Notes under the pieces: model-generated
Databases searched by the model: none
The model's input: only the letters and a program-made list of their open reading frames with translations
Told to the model about the DNA's origin: nothing
Translations under genes and position numbers: made by a program
Shown: piece after piece, positions 1 through 8,960 of the stretch
Numbering within the stretch: the stretch's first letter is position 1
Layout of the letters: each line of letters begins with the position of its first letter
DNA from: Polyangiales bacterium
GTDB taxonomy: Bacteria > Myxococcota_A > Polyangia > Polyangiales > Polyangiaceae
Length of the DNA: 64,000 nt
Direction of reading: 5' to 3'
Assembly (NCBI GenBank): GCA_038230375.1
Contig: JBBRNJ010000029.1
Location: 1 to 64,000 of the forward strand

Positions 1-36
1 CCCTGTGCCGCGAGCTCGCCGCGCCAAGGCGGACGT

Positions 37-798
37 GTGCGAGCGGCCGGAAAATGCAGCATTCGGGAGCGATGCGGCCTGCGGCAGAGGGATGTTCGAG
101 CGCGGTTCGAGCGCGCCCGTCGCAAGCGTCGCCAGGATCGCAGCGCCTCGCAGAGGACCGAAACGGCCTTTCTTTTACCTACGCGCCTCTTGCCCAACGG
201 CATGGACGGCGTGGCGCTCAACCAGCCGCATATCGCGCCCGGCGAGACCTACGTCTACGAGGTCACGCTGCGCCAGCACGGCACGCTGATGTACCACCCG
301 CACTCCGACGAGATGGTGCAGATGGCGCTGGGAATGATGGGCTTCTTCATCGTCCATCCGCGACAGGCCGAGCGCGTCGATCGCGACTTCTGCATCATCC
401 TCCACGAGTGGTTCGTGGCGCCGGGCACCTCGCGCCCGAATCCCGCGGTGATGACTGACTTCAATTTGTTCACCTTCAACAGCCGCGTGTGGCCAGGCAC
501 GGACCCTCTGGTGGTGAAGAAAGGCGATCGCGTCCGGTTTCGCTTCGGCAACCTGTCGATGGACAGTCACCCCATCCATCTTCACGGCTATCGCTTCGAG
601 CAGACCGGCACCGATGGAGGGCCGACGCCTCTCTCGGCGCGCCTGCCCGAGACCACGGTCGACGTCCCGGTGGGCGCCACGCGCGACGTGGAGTTCGTGG
701 CGGACGCCCCGCGAAGGAATCACATCCTACGAGGACCCGGGCTGGTACCAGCACCCCGCAGGAACCGTCGCAAGGAAGGTCACCACCTGACCACGTGA
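37..798 (+). pseudogene. Truncated multicopper oxidase (internal fragment, about 187-711)
   Basis: LLPNGMDG...GETYVYE..LRQHGTLMYHPH and SHPIHLHG copper motifs are present. The N-terminal signal/HWHG region is absent, and the frame diverges after EFVADAP where the GxWxxHCH motif is expected. Confidence 0.8.
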
Positions 799-879
799 CG
801 CGGTCCTTTGACCCACCCCATTCTCCGTCGGACCGTTGCACCCGTGAGCCGGTGGTGGCAGTCGCCGTGGAGTGCGACA

Positions 880-990
880 GTTGCGACGCGCGCTACTCGC
901 GTTCGTGGACTCGCGCGTCCGACCGGCCTCAAGGTAGGCCGCGACGGAAGCCTCTCCATCGCGCACGACCTCGAGCAACCGGCGCGTGCG
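880..990 (+). pseudogene. Possible C-terminal scrap of a PQQ/sorbosone-dehydrogenase-like beta-propeller
   Basis: GLARPTGLKVGRDGSLSIAHD resembles the RPxGLxVGPDGSLYVxDD blade motif. No proper N-terminus. Confidence 0.35.
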
Positions 991-992
991 CC

Positions 993-3014
993 TCAGTAGA
1001 CGTACGCGGCGCCCGCCTGGTTCAGGCTCGTATCGTTCTGGTTGCCGTTGATGCCCGTAGCGTTGCTCGTCTCTCCGGGCGCGCCAACGACCAGCGTCGC
1101 ACCATCGGAAGATATCGCGGCCGACGTGCCATAGAACGCGGAGTCTCGCGTGTTCGATGCCTTCACGTAGGCGCTCAGCGACCACGCTCCGCCGCTCATC
1201 ATGAACGCGTACGCCGCGCCCGCGTTGGGGTTCGAGACGTCGGCCTGGTTGCCGTTGATGCCGGTGGCGTTGCTCTTTTCACCGGTGGAACCGACGACGA
1301 GCGTGGAGCCGTCGGTCGAGATGGCGATCGCGCTTCCGAAAACGCCGAGCGCTGTCGGGTTGGATGCATAGAGCATGGCCGACTCCGACCACGCTCCCGC
1401 GGCGCGCGTGTACGTGTATGCTGCACCATTTCCCGCGGTGCCCACGCACGCTCCCACGGCGAGTGTGTTGCCGTCTCCCGTGAGCGAGACAGAGCAACCG
1501 AAGTGCGCGCCCTTCTTGGTGTCGGATGCCTTGATGGCAGACTGCGTCGTCCAGGGCATGCTGATCGCGGGCCGCGTGAGGATCACGACGGCGCCGGAGC
1601 CGTTCGCTGGAGCACCACCGATGCCGGGCCCGAAGTCGTTGTTGGCCTTGGGCGCGTTGTCGATGCCCGGGACGCCGCTGCTCTCGAGCGCCCAACCGAT
1701 GGCGATGGTGTTGCCATCGGACGAGAGCGCCAGGCTGCTTCCGAACTGGCTGGCCGTCTCTCCTCCATTGAAAGGCTGGATCCTCGCGTCCTGCGTCCAG
1801 GTGGTGCCGCTGCGCCCGAAGGTGAATACCTTCCCGGTCTCGAACTGACCTGGACGTCCGAACGTATCCCTCACCGCGGCCACGGCGAGCGCGTTGCCAT
1901 CGGCGGAGAGCGCGACCGACGCTCCGAATTGGGCGCAGTTTCCCGTGTCCTTGCATGCCCACCACGAGACGTCACTCTTGATGTACGCCTGCTGCGTCCA
2001 CGCACCCGCGTTGCGTGTGAAGACATACGCGGCGCCGACGCGATCGAGCGGGCCTTTGCTCGGATCGTTCACGTCGTTCTGGTCGCCATTCACACCGACA
2101 CCGCCGCTGTGCTCGCTCTCGTCTCCGACCGCTAGCGTGTTGCCATCCGCAGAGAGCGCGACGGAGACACCAAATTCGGATCCCGCGACTGCCCGATTGG
2201 ACGCTGTGAGGAGAGTTTGTTGTGACCACAGCCCGCCGACGCGAGTGAAGACGTACACGGTGCCACCGCTGAAGGCGTCCGAAGGCTTGTTGAACTGGTA
2301 GAAGGTCGGGGCCCCTACCGCGAGCGTGGATCCATCCGCGGAGAGTGCGGTCGACCTGCCGAATCGGGAGCGGGCTGCCGTGTCGGATTGCTTCACGTAC
2401 GTGATGCCCACTGCGCCCACGAGAATGGTGTAGTGCGTGACCGTCACGCCGTCGGCCGCGGTGACCGCGACGTCGATCGGGGTGGCCACGGGGCCGAGCG
2501 CAATCGGTGCGCTCCGTGAGCCCGACGCAACCGCAACGCCTGCGATCGTGAGCGTCGCGCCGGCGTTGCGCGTCGTCGCGGTGATCGTCGCGGGGCCGGA
2601 CCACGATAGGGTCGCCGTGTACGAGAGCACCGCGGGATCGAACGCCGGGTTCAGCGACACGTTGCCGATGCTGAGCGCGCTTAGTGCCGAGTCGTTCATG
2701 CCCGACACGACGCCCGAGTCACCTGCGTCCGCGCTGGAGCCCGCGTCCTGGCCCCCGTCGTTGCTCGTGCCAGTATCCGCGCCGGAGTCGCTCGAGCCCA
2801 TCGCAGCATCGTGGGCGCCGCCGTCGCTCGACACGCTCGCGTCGTGGGAGCCGTCACTCGAGACGCTACTGTCACTCACCGCGGAGGACCCGTCAGTTCC
2901 AGTACCAGCATCTCCGTCGTCAGTTGGCAGCGTCGTGGGGTCACCACATGCGGCGGCCCAAGCCGTGATCGATCCAACGCAGACCGCTCGCCGAACGTGA
3001 CGGAGGATGGACAT
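993..3014 (-). CDS. Lipoprotein with cadherin-like beta-sandwich and FG-GAP/integrin-alpha repeats
   Basis: GGAGGA RBS before ATG 3014; lipobox AAAC; DAG/DGG linker; LSALSI..LNPAFDP..SYT cadherin-like domain; repeated YVKASNT..FGxSVALSADGxTLAVGA..GINGNQ..AGAAYVF. Confidence 0.9.
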   Translation of the reverse strand: MSILRHVRRAVCVGSITAWAAACGDPTTLPTDDGDAGTGTDGSSAVSDSSVSSDGSHDASVSSDGGAHDAAMGSSDSGADTGTSNDGGQDAGSSADAGDSGVVSGMNDSALSALSIGNVSLNPAFDPAVLSYTATLSWSGPATITATTRNAGATLTIAGVAVASGSRSAPIALGPVATPIDVAVTAADGVTVTHYTILVGAVGITYVKQSDTAARSRFGRSTALSADGSTLAVGAPTFYQFNKPSDAFSGGTVYVFTRVGGLWSQQTLLTASNRAVAGSEFGVSVALSADGNTLAVGDESEHSGGVGVNGDQNDVNDPSKGPLDRVGAAYVFTRNAGAWTQQAYIKSDVSWWACKDTGNCAQFGASVALSADGNALAVAAVRDTFGRPGQFETGKVFTFGRSGTTWTQDARIQPFNGGETASQFGSSLALSSDGNTIAIGWALESSGVPGIDNAPKANNDFGPGIGGAPANGSGAVVILTRPAISMPWTTQSAIKASDTKKGAHFGCSVSLTGDGNTLAVGACVGTAGNGAAYTYTRAAGAWSESAMLYASNPTALGVFGSAIAISTDGSTLVVGSTGEKSNATGINGNQADVSNPNAGAAYAFMMSGGAWSLSAYVKASNTRDSAFYGTSAAISSDGATLVVGAPGETSNATGINGNQNDTSLNQAGAAYVY

Positions 3015-3157
3015 TCCTCCAAAGGTACCATCTGCCCCCCCCTCCGCGCCAACAGCGGGCGCACCGCCGAGCACTCGCGGTGGATCGTGGGGCCCTGGTC
3101 GCTGCGGCGTTCGGCGTTCCCACTGATCCCACCCAGAGCGACATCAAGCCTATTTAC

Positions 3158-3206
3158 GGAGCGGGACACCGGGTTCGAACCGGCGACATCCAGCTTGGGA
3201 AGCTAG
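3158..3206 (-). mobile_element. 3' half of tRNA-Gly(CCC), putative att site of an integrated element
   Basis: Reverse complement is CTAGC-TTCCCAA-GCTGG-ATGTC-GCCGG-TTCGAAC-CCGGT-GTCCCGCTCC (anticodon arm, T arm, 3' acceptor strand). The upstream sequence has no D arm or 5' acceptor strand. Confidence 0.85.
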
Positions 3207-3398
3207 AGGGGAGTTCCACGTGTTTTTTCAGTCCGATCGTCGCGCGAAGATCGTAGACCCACCCTTTATCCCACCGTTTGCGACAACGCGTAAGGGAAAA
3301 TCGTTCAGTGCAGTCTACATGTCCATCGCGCGCCACCGCACGCCGTCGATGCAGTGTGTCGACAGAGGCGCGCGAACGGCTAGAATGAAGAGGTCACG

Positions 3399-3638
3399 AT
3401 GAACACCGTACGCAAGGTTTACGAAAGCGACAGCAGCGGCAACGTCCACGTGGGCGATGTGCCGGTTGGCGCGCCTCATCGTAAGGTCGAGATCGTCGTG
3501 AGCTGGGAAGATCCCGTCACTGGCGAGGCCGCTGGCGGCTGGCCTGCGGGGTGGTTCGAAAAGACGTTCGGATGCATCGACGATCCCACGTTCGAGCGGG
3601 CAGGGCAGGGGGACTTCGAGGTACGCGAGGACTTTTGA
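3399..3638 (+). CDS. Putative antitoxin (VapB-like partner)
   Basis: 79-aa acidic ORF with WPAGWFEKTFG..DDPTFER tail; TTGA overlap with the downstream PIN gene; TAGAAT upstream. Confidence 0.75.
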   Translation: MNTVRKVYESDSSGNVHVGDVPVGAPHRKVEIVVSWEDPVTGEAAGGWPAGWFEKTFGCIDDPTFERAGQGDFEVREDF

Positions 3639-4039
3639 AGTTCTTGCTGGATACGAACGCGTGCATCGCGTTCCTCACGGCACGCTCGATGCCGCTGATG
3701 CAACGCCTGCAGCGGACCGCGGCGACAGACGTCGCGCTCTGCGCGGTGGTGAAGGCGGAGCTGATCTTCGGCGCGCGCAAGAGCGCAAAGCCTGAGCAAA
3801 ACCTCGCGAACGTCGCCGCGTTCTTCGCGCCGTTCGCGTCGCTCCCGTTTGATGATCGCGCGGCAGACGTCTACGGGCGGCTGCGCGCGGATCTCGCGAA
3901 GAAGGGCACGCCGATCGGGCCGAACGATTTGCTGATCGCGTCCATCGCGGTAGCGAACGCGCTTACGATCGTGACGAGGAACACCGGGGAGTTCGCGCGC
4001 ATCGCCGAGGCGGCAATCGAGAACTGGGAGCAGCCGTAA
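3635..4039 (+). CDS. vapC: VapC PIN-domain ribonuclease toxin
   Basis: TTG start MKFLLDTN, VKAELIFGA, PIGPNDLLIASIA, IVTRNTGEF..I..ENW: the conserved PIN acidic residues. Confidence 0.95.
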   Translation: MKFLLDTNACIAFLTARSMPLMQRLQRTAATDVALCAVVKAELIFGARKSAKPEQNLANVAAFFAPFASLPFDDRAADVYGRLRADLAKKGTPIGPNDLLIASIAVANALTIVTRNTGEFARIAEAAIENWEQP

Positions 4040-4257
4040 CCCGACGTCCGCGCTCGTAGGTCCCTCGCGAGGACTCGGGCGCCGCAGGGAAATCGTCTTC
4101 GATGCGCGTCGCAACCTACAAACTCTGTCCGCCAGGCTCGGCGGAAACGATGCTCCATGAGAGGTCACGATCCCGAACCGCACGGCGTCGACGCCGAGCA
4201 GCGGAGGGTAGGTTAATGTTTTCGTCCTCGAAGAAGACGACATTCGCTGCGACCCAT

Positions 4258-5358
4258 CTATGCCCAGAACGCCCGCTCCTCCAGCGAGGCGCGGACGCCC
4301 TCGTAGTCGGGATAGATGCGAGACGCAGTGATGTCCATGCGCCCTAGAGCCGCGAGCAACCGCGGCGCTTGAGTGTGAGGAAGCGTGTTCTTGTGAACGA
4401 ACGGTCCCGCGGGCGTGTCATTGATGTGCTCGAGCGCACCCTCGATCAGATCGTCCACGGTGGGGAGTGTCGGCACCTCGTGCGTGCGGTCGGCAACGAC
4501 GAGTGTGAAGACACCACGCTGGGCGGCGATCCTCGGGTTGTCTTTGTATGGCACCTCGACGATCTCAATTCGGCAGCCGCGGTCTTCCAGGTATTTCTGC
4601 GACCTCGCCATTGCCGGGATCCAATAGTTGAGCGTCCGCAACTGGAGCGCCCAAAGCGCCAGCTCGCGCAGCTCGGTCGTTGCCTGGGTGACGGGCGTTT
4701 CGCCCTTCGCGCGAGCGATGCGAATCGCCTCGTCGGCCGCCCGCTTCGTCTTCGTGACAGCGTCGGCAACATCGCGGCACGCGAAGTAGGAGGAGATCAG
4801 TGGGTCGTATGACCAGTCGAGCAGTCGGGTCGGCATGCCGTGGTGTTGCGCCAACCCGTAAAGCGAGCGCGCGACTGGCAGAGGAAACTCAATGCCCTGC
4901 GCGAGCTTCTTGATCGGCTCCGCGAAGACTTGCTGATGGAGCGCGCCGCTGCGCAGCCACTGGCTGTCTTCGGGCAGCGGGCGCCCGGCGCGAATGCATT
5001 CACCAGCAAACCACTGGACGGCGTTGACCTCCGCGTCGACCTGTTCCTCGACGTTCTTGGGGTTTGGCAGCGGCCCGATGGTGCCCTCACCGTACCAAAC
5101 GAACGCGTTCGGGCGCATCGCCTTTGGTGTCAGCTTCCAAGACGCATCCGCCTGTACGCGGAAGAGGTGCCCGCGCATGTCCCCCCATCGATTCGGCAGC
5201 ACGCGGTCTATGAACTCTTCGGCGGTCTTACACTGGACGGTTTCGATCGCGGAGCGCGTGCTCGCGCTGGAAGAGTCAATCGCGTGAACGAGCGCGAACT
5301 TTACGCCGACGTAGACGACGCAAGTGCCCGCGGTGCTGGCTGAAGACGGTGCATGCAT
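4258..5358 (-). CDS. FRG-domain protein (start uncertain, possibly decaying)
   Basis: LFRVQADASWKLTP (FRG motif read as FRV), AQHHGMPTRLLDWS, NPRIAAQRGVFT, IYPDYEG. The only upstream ATG lies inside the IS91-derived repeat. Confidence 0.85.
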   Translation of the reverse strand: MHAPSSASTAGTCVVYVGVKFALVHAIDSSSASTRSAIETVQCKTAEEFIDRVLPNRWGDMRGHLFRVQADASWKLTPKAMRPNAFVWYGEGTIGPLPNPKNVEEQVDAEVNAVQWFAGECIRAGRPLPEDSQWLRSGALHQQVFAEPIKKLAQGIEFPLPVARSLYGLAQHHGMPTRLLDWSYDPLISSYFACRDVADAVTKTKRAADEAIRIARAKGETPVTQATTELRELALWALQLRTLNYWIPAMARSQKYLEDRGCRIEIVEVPYKDNPRIAAQRGVFTLVVADRTHEVPTLPTVDDLIEGALEHINDTPAGPFVHKNTLPHTQAPRLLAALGRMDITASRIYPDYEGVRASLEERAFWA

Positions 5359-5512
5359 TCTACAAGGAACGTACAGGCAGCGAGAGCAGGTCGGTGTGCG
5401 TGGTTCACCCCGTCGGGTATCACGAAGCGCGTCAGCGCACGCAGGGAGATCTGAAGCTGAATCCGCATCTGCATGTGGTGGTCGTGGACGACGGTTTCGC
5501 GGAGACAGCGAC
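5348..5512 (+). mobile_element. IS91-family transposase remnant, copy 1 of a 165-bp repeat
   Basis: Encodes SVCVV..QRTQGDLKLNPHLHVVVVD, the HUH motif region of IS91/IS801-type transposases. 7 mismatches versus 12810-12974 by manual comparison. Confidence 0.8.
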
Positions 5513-5835
5513 CAGGGCCGTCAGTACACGGTGTGGCGCGGCGAGACGGAATTCGAACAGGACATCGCCGGAGGCTGGTGTTAGGTGATTTCGAAGTCGT
5601 CAAACGCTCATCAACCCTGGCGCGTCACGGCTCTGCAGCGTTGAGCCATGGTCCTACCTTCGCGGCATCTTCTGCCTCCTGCCGCACTGGCCCGCGCACA
5701 AGCTGGAGACGCCCGTGGCGAATGATTCACCTATGCACTCCAGCAAGCCGATCAACGGCGCTTCGGCCCCGCTGATCCTGCGCTGAATGGTGCGTCTGTT
5801 GCAGATCCGATATCTGCCCCCAAACCCATTCCCGC

Positions 5836-7404
5836 TCAGCCCTTCTTCAGCACCGCGATGTACTCGCGCAGGATCCGCAGATCGTCGATCAGGTCGGCAT
5901 CGGTCGAGCCCGCGAGGCGCGCGGTAGCCTGCGGCTCGAAGCCCGTCAGGATCGCGAGGGCGGCCTTGTGGTCCTTCTGCGCGGTGTCGGTGGCCTCGCG
6001 GAACGCGACGTAGAACTCGAGCATGATGCTGTTCTTCTCCACGCTCGGATCGCTGTAGTACTGCCCGGCGGTCGACGTCCCGTCCCACGTGATCGGCGCG
6101 TCCTGGGTCTCGTACGTCGTCGCACCGGGAAGCCGGTAGCGCAGGTGGAGGCGCGCCAGATCGCGCGGGCCGGACAGCGTGCTGATCGTCGGCGCAAGGC
6201 TCGCGATGATCGCCGCACCGCCGCCGCGCCGTCCGCCGTTGGGCCCCGGATTGCTGGTCGTGCGCGAGACCAAAAAAACGCTCGGGATGTGGATCGTCGC
6301 GCCGGTGGCCGTTCCCTGCCACAGGTTGGTGCCGTAGTGGTTCGCGAGCGAGTAGTTCGGTAGCGCCTCGTACGTCAGGTCCACGTCGTAGGCGAGAGGA
6401 GCGGAGAAGAACGAGAGCTCCTCCATGAAGACCTCGCTCACCGCCTCGGGCTTCTCGACGAAGTAGAAGTTGCCGCCGCCCGTCTCCGACAGCGACCGCA
6501 AGAGGTGTGAATCCACGTCCGTGCCGAGACCGATCGCCGTGAGACCGACGTACTTGTCGTTGTAGCCCGCGCTCATCTTCAGGATGTCTGCGGTGATGGT
6601 GTCGCCGGCGCTCGGGAGCCCGTCGGTCAGGAAGATCACGCGCCGCTGTTGCTGCTCGGTGCCCGCGCTGAGCACGTTCTTGTAGCCCGCCTCGAGCGCG
6701 TCGTAGATGTCCGTGCCGCCATCGGCGGTGAGCGCGTCCACCATCGCCTTGACTGCGGCCTTGTCGGTGATCTGCGCGGGGCCGAACAGCGTCTTCACCT
6801 GGTCGTCGAACGCGACGAGCGTGAAGGTGTCATTCGCTCCCAGGCCGTCGATCAGGAGCTTCACGCCCTGCTTCGCGTAATCGAGCTTCCCGCTGTCCGA
6901 CATCGAGCCCGAGTGGTCCAGCACCACGGCGACATCCAGGTCCGGCTTCTGCACCGTCGCCGGATCGATCGGCGAGCTCATGCCCATCTGCAGCAGCGTC
7001 AGCTGCCCACTGCCGTGCACCAGATCAGCCGACTGCGCGAGCATTCCGTGAAGGCAGATCGCACCACCGCAGGTCGGCGCCGGCAGCGTGGTGTAGTGCT
7101 CCGCGAAGAACCCCGTGGAGTCGAGCGACTCCGGGCTGGGCACCATTCCGTTGTCGAGCGCCTCACGGAACGCGGCAAAATCCTGCCCTCCGCCGACGCC
7201 GATGTTGCCCGCAGCGCCGCCCGGCGTGGAGCCGCCCGTGCTGCCGGAGAACGGCGGCTCCGAGCCTGATCCCGTGGACGGATCGGTCGGGTTGCCATTC
7301 CCGCTCCCAGCGAACGAAGCTGTGGCCATCGAGGAGCAGCCGACGCTGACGCTACCGAGAGAGACCAGCGCGAGCAGCGCGAGACCAGAGTGAAGGGTAC
7401 GCAT
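5836..7404 (-). CDS. vWA-domain lipoprotein (YfbK-like)
   Basis: Lipobox SVGC; MIDAS motif VLDHSGSM; GGTDIY; IFLTDG; GGGNFYFV. Confidence 0.9.
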   Translation of the reverse strand: MRTLHSGLALLALVSLGSVSVGCSSMATASFAGSGNGNPTDPSTGSGSEPPFSGSTGGSTPGGAAGNIGVGGGQDFAAFREALDNGMVPSPESLDSTGFFAEHYTTLPAPTCGGAICLHGMLAQSADLVHGSGQLTLLQMGMSSPIDPATVQKPDLDVAVVLDHSGSMSDSGKLDYAKQGVKLLIDGLGANDTFTLVAFDDQVKTLFGPAQITDKAAVKAMVDALTADGGTDIYDALEAGYKNVLSAGTEQQQRRVIFLTDGLPSAGDTITADILKMSAGYNDKYVGLTAIGLGTDVDSHLLRSLSETGGGNFYFVEKPEAVSEVFMEELSFFSAPLAYDVDLTYEALPNYSLANHYGTNLWQGTATGATIHIPSVFLVSRTTSNPGPNGGRRGGGAAIIASLAPTISTLSGPRDLARLHLRYRLPGATTYETQDAPITWDGTSTAGQYYSDPSVEKNSIMLEFYVAFREATDTAQKDHKAALAILTGFEPQATARLAGSTDADLIDDLRILREYIAVLKKG

Positions 7405-7416
7405 GACGCCCCGCCA

Positions 7417-7432
7417 AGCAACACGCGGGCCA
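7417..7432 (-). promoter_or_regulatory. Sigma-54 (-24/-12) promoter of the vWA gene
   Basis: Minus strand TGGCCCGCGTGTTGCT matches TGGCACG-N4-TTGCT with one mismatch, 12 nt upstream of ATG 7404. Confidence 0.65.
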
Positions 7433-7649
7433 CTCACGATTCATGCACCAACACGGCTGAATTTGCCCGCGACTCTCTTCATGCGCCTGGCGCGGGTGTC
7501 AGGCGCAGTTGTGCAATTCGAGCGGCGCAGTCGGCGGTGTGTTGTGTACGACATCATTGTCAGTCGACCTCGCAAACGATGATGGGTTCGAGCGAGAAAT
7601 TCCTGGCTTCCCATGCGACCTCCCTCGCGGCATGTGGCGTGCACGTCTC

Positions 7650-8960
7650 ATGGCCATGAAGAAGACGCAGTCACTGCACCATCTCCTGTCTATCCTCGTC
7701 GCTGCGGCTGCGCCGCTCAGCGCGGCGTGTGGTCAGAGCGGTCAGACCCTGTTGCCGGAGACGGCCACGTGTCCGTCGTTCGGCGGCGGAGCCGAGTACG
7801 CCCCGTTCACCCCTGCCGCCGGTGTCGACGGCGTTGCGATCGCGAACTTGAACGAGCGCACCCAGACGATTGCCCCGATCGGAGCGCCGTGCAAGACCGC
7901 GAAGGACGTCGCAGCGTGCAACACGAAGGTGAAGCAGCGGCTCGCCGACACGGCCACGACCACGGGATGGTCGGTAGGCGGCGGGCAGGCTGGGAGCACG
8001 ACCTATCTTGGTGTGGTGACCCGCGGCGACGACGTCCAGACCATCACGACGCTCGCAAATCTGCAGGCGGCCATCGCGCCCATTCACACGACGGAGCAGG
8101 CGCTATCCATGGCCTATCTTGCGGGTCACTACCCGTCGTGCACGAGCGGCAACGTTCGCACCGATGCAGACGGCTTCACCGTTCGCGCGGTGGACGGCGG
8201 CTGCGGAGGACCCGAGTACGAATACACATACAAGGTCACGACGGACGGCACCGTGACGGAGACGTCGCACGACAAGATCGGCGATGGCAATCCAAACTGC
8301 GTGGAGGGCCGCAGGCCGGCGGGCCTCGATGTGGCTCCGAGCGCGGGATGGCTCCGATCGGTCAGCGAGCACCTTCGAGAGGTCGCCTTCATGGAGACGG
8401 CCGCCATCTGGGCGTTCGACGAGCTCTGCGCGGACCTGAAACGCGTCGGCGCGCCGCTCTCGCTGCAGGCGCGCGCGGCTCAGGCTCGCGAGGACGAGGT
8501 GGCACATGCGTGTATCATGCACGCAGAGCTGCAGCGGCGCGGACTCACCCCGCGGACGTCCGTCGCGCCGCCTCCGCGCACGCAGTCACTGCTGGAGCTT
8601 GCGCGGCTCAACGCGACGGAAGGGTGCGTGCGGGAGACGTACGGCGCGCTGCTGGCCAATCACCAGGGCGCGTACGCCACGGATCCCGCGCTGCGTAGAG
8701 CGTTCACCCGGATCGCGCGTGACGAGGCAGAGCACGCCGAGCTATCGCTGGACCTCGGCGCATGGCTGGACACGCAGCTCTCGGCAGACGAACGCGCAGA
8801 GGTCGCGCGCGCGAAAGCAGACGCGGTCATCGCGCTCTTCGAAGAGTGCGCGCGCCTCGACGCGTCGAAAGAGGTACGCGAGGAAGCGGGAATGCCCACG
8901 GCCCGAGTCGCCCAGATGATGCTGTCTGGACTGTGCCGCGCGCTCGATCTGGCTGCGTGA
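7650..8960 (+). CDS. Lipoprotein with C-terminal ferritin-like (di-iron) domain
   Basis: Lipobox SAAC; Cys-rich N-domain; CVEGRRP junction; E..SV/AI.AF, DEVAH, NATEGCVRETYGA and DEAEH carboxylate/His motifs. Confidence 0.85.
   Translation: MAMKKTQSLHHLLSILVAAAAPLSAACGQSGQTLLPETATCPSFGGGAEYAPFTPAAGVDGVAIANLNERTQTIAPIGAPCKTAKDVAACNTKVKQRLADTATTTGWSVGGGQAGSTTYLGVVTRGDDVQTITTLANLQAAIAPIHTTEQALSMAYLAGHYPSCTSGNVRTDADGFTVRAVDGGCGGPEYEYTYKVTTDGTVTETSHDKIGDGNPNCVEGRRPAGLDVAPSAGWLRSVSEHLREVAFMETAAIWAFDELCADLKRVGAPLSLQARAAQAREDEVAHACIMHAELQRRGLTPRTSVAPPPRTQSLLELARLNATEGCVRETYGALLANHQGAYATDPALRRAFTRIARDEAEHAELSLDLGAWLDTQLSADERAEVARAKADAVIALFEECARLDASKEVREEAGMPTARVAQMMLSGLCRALDLAA

Noticed and set aside
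489..2135. 548-aa plus-strand ORF
   Set aside because: Antisense shadow of the FG-GAP lipoprotein; Arg-rich with no motifs.
3158..3230. Intact tRNA-Gly gene
   Set aside because: No D arm or 5' acceptor strand; treated as an att fragment.
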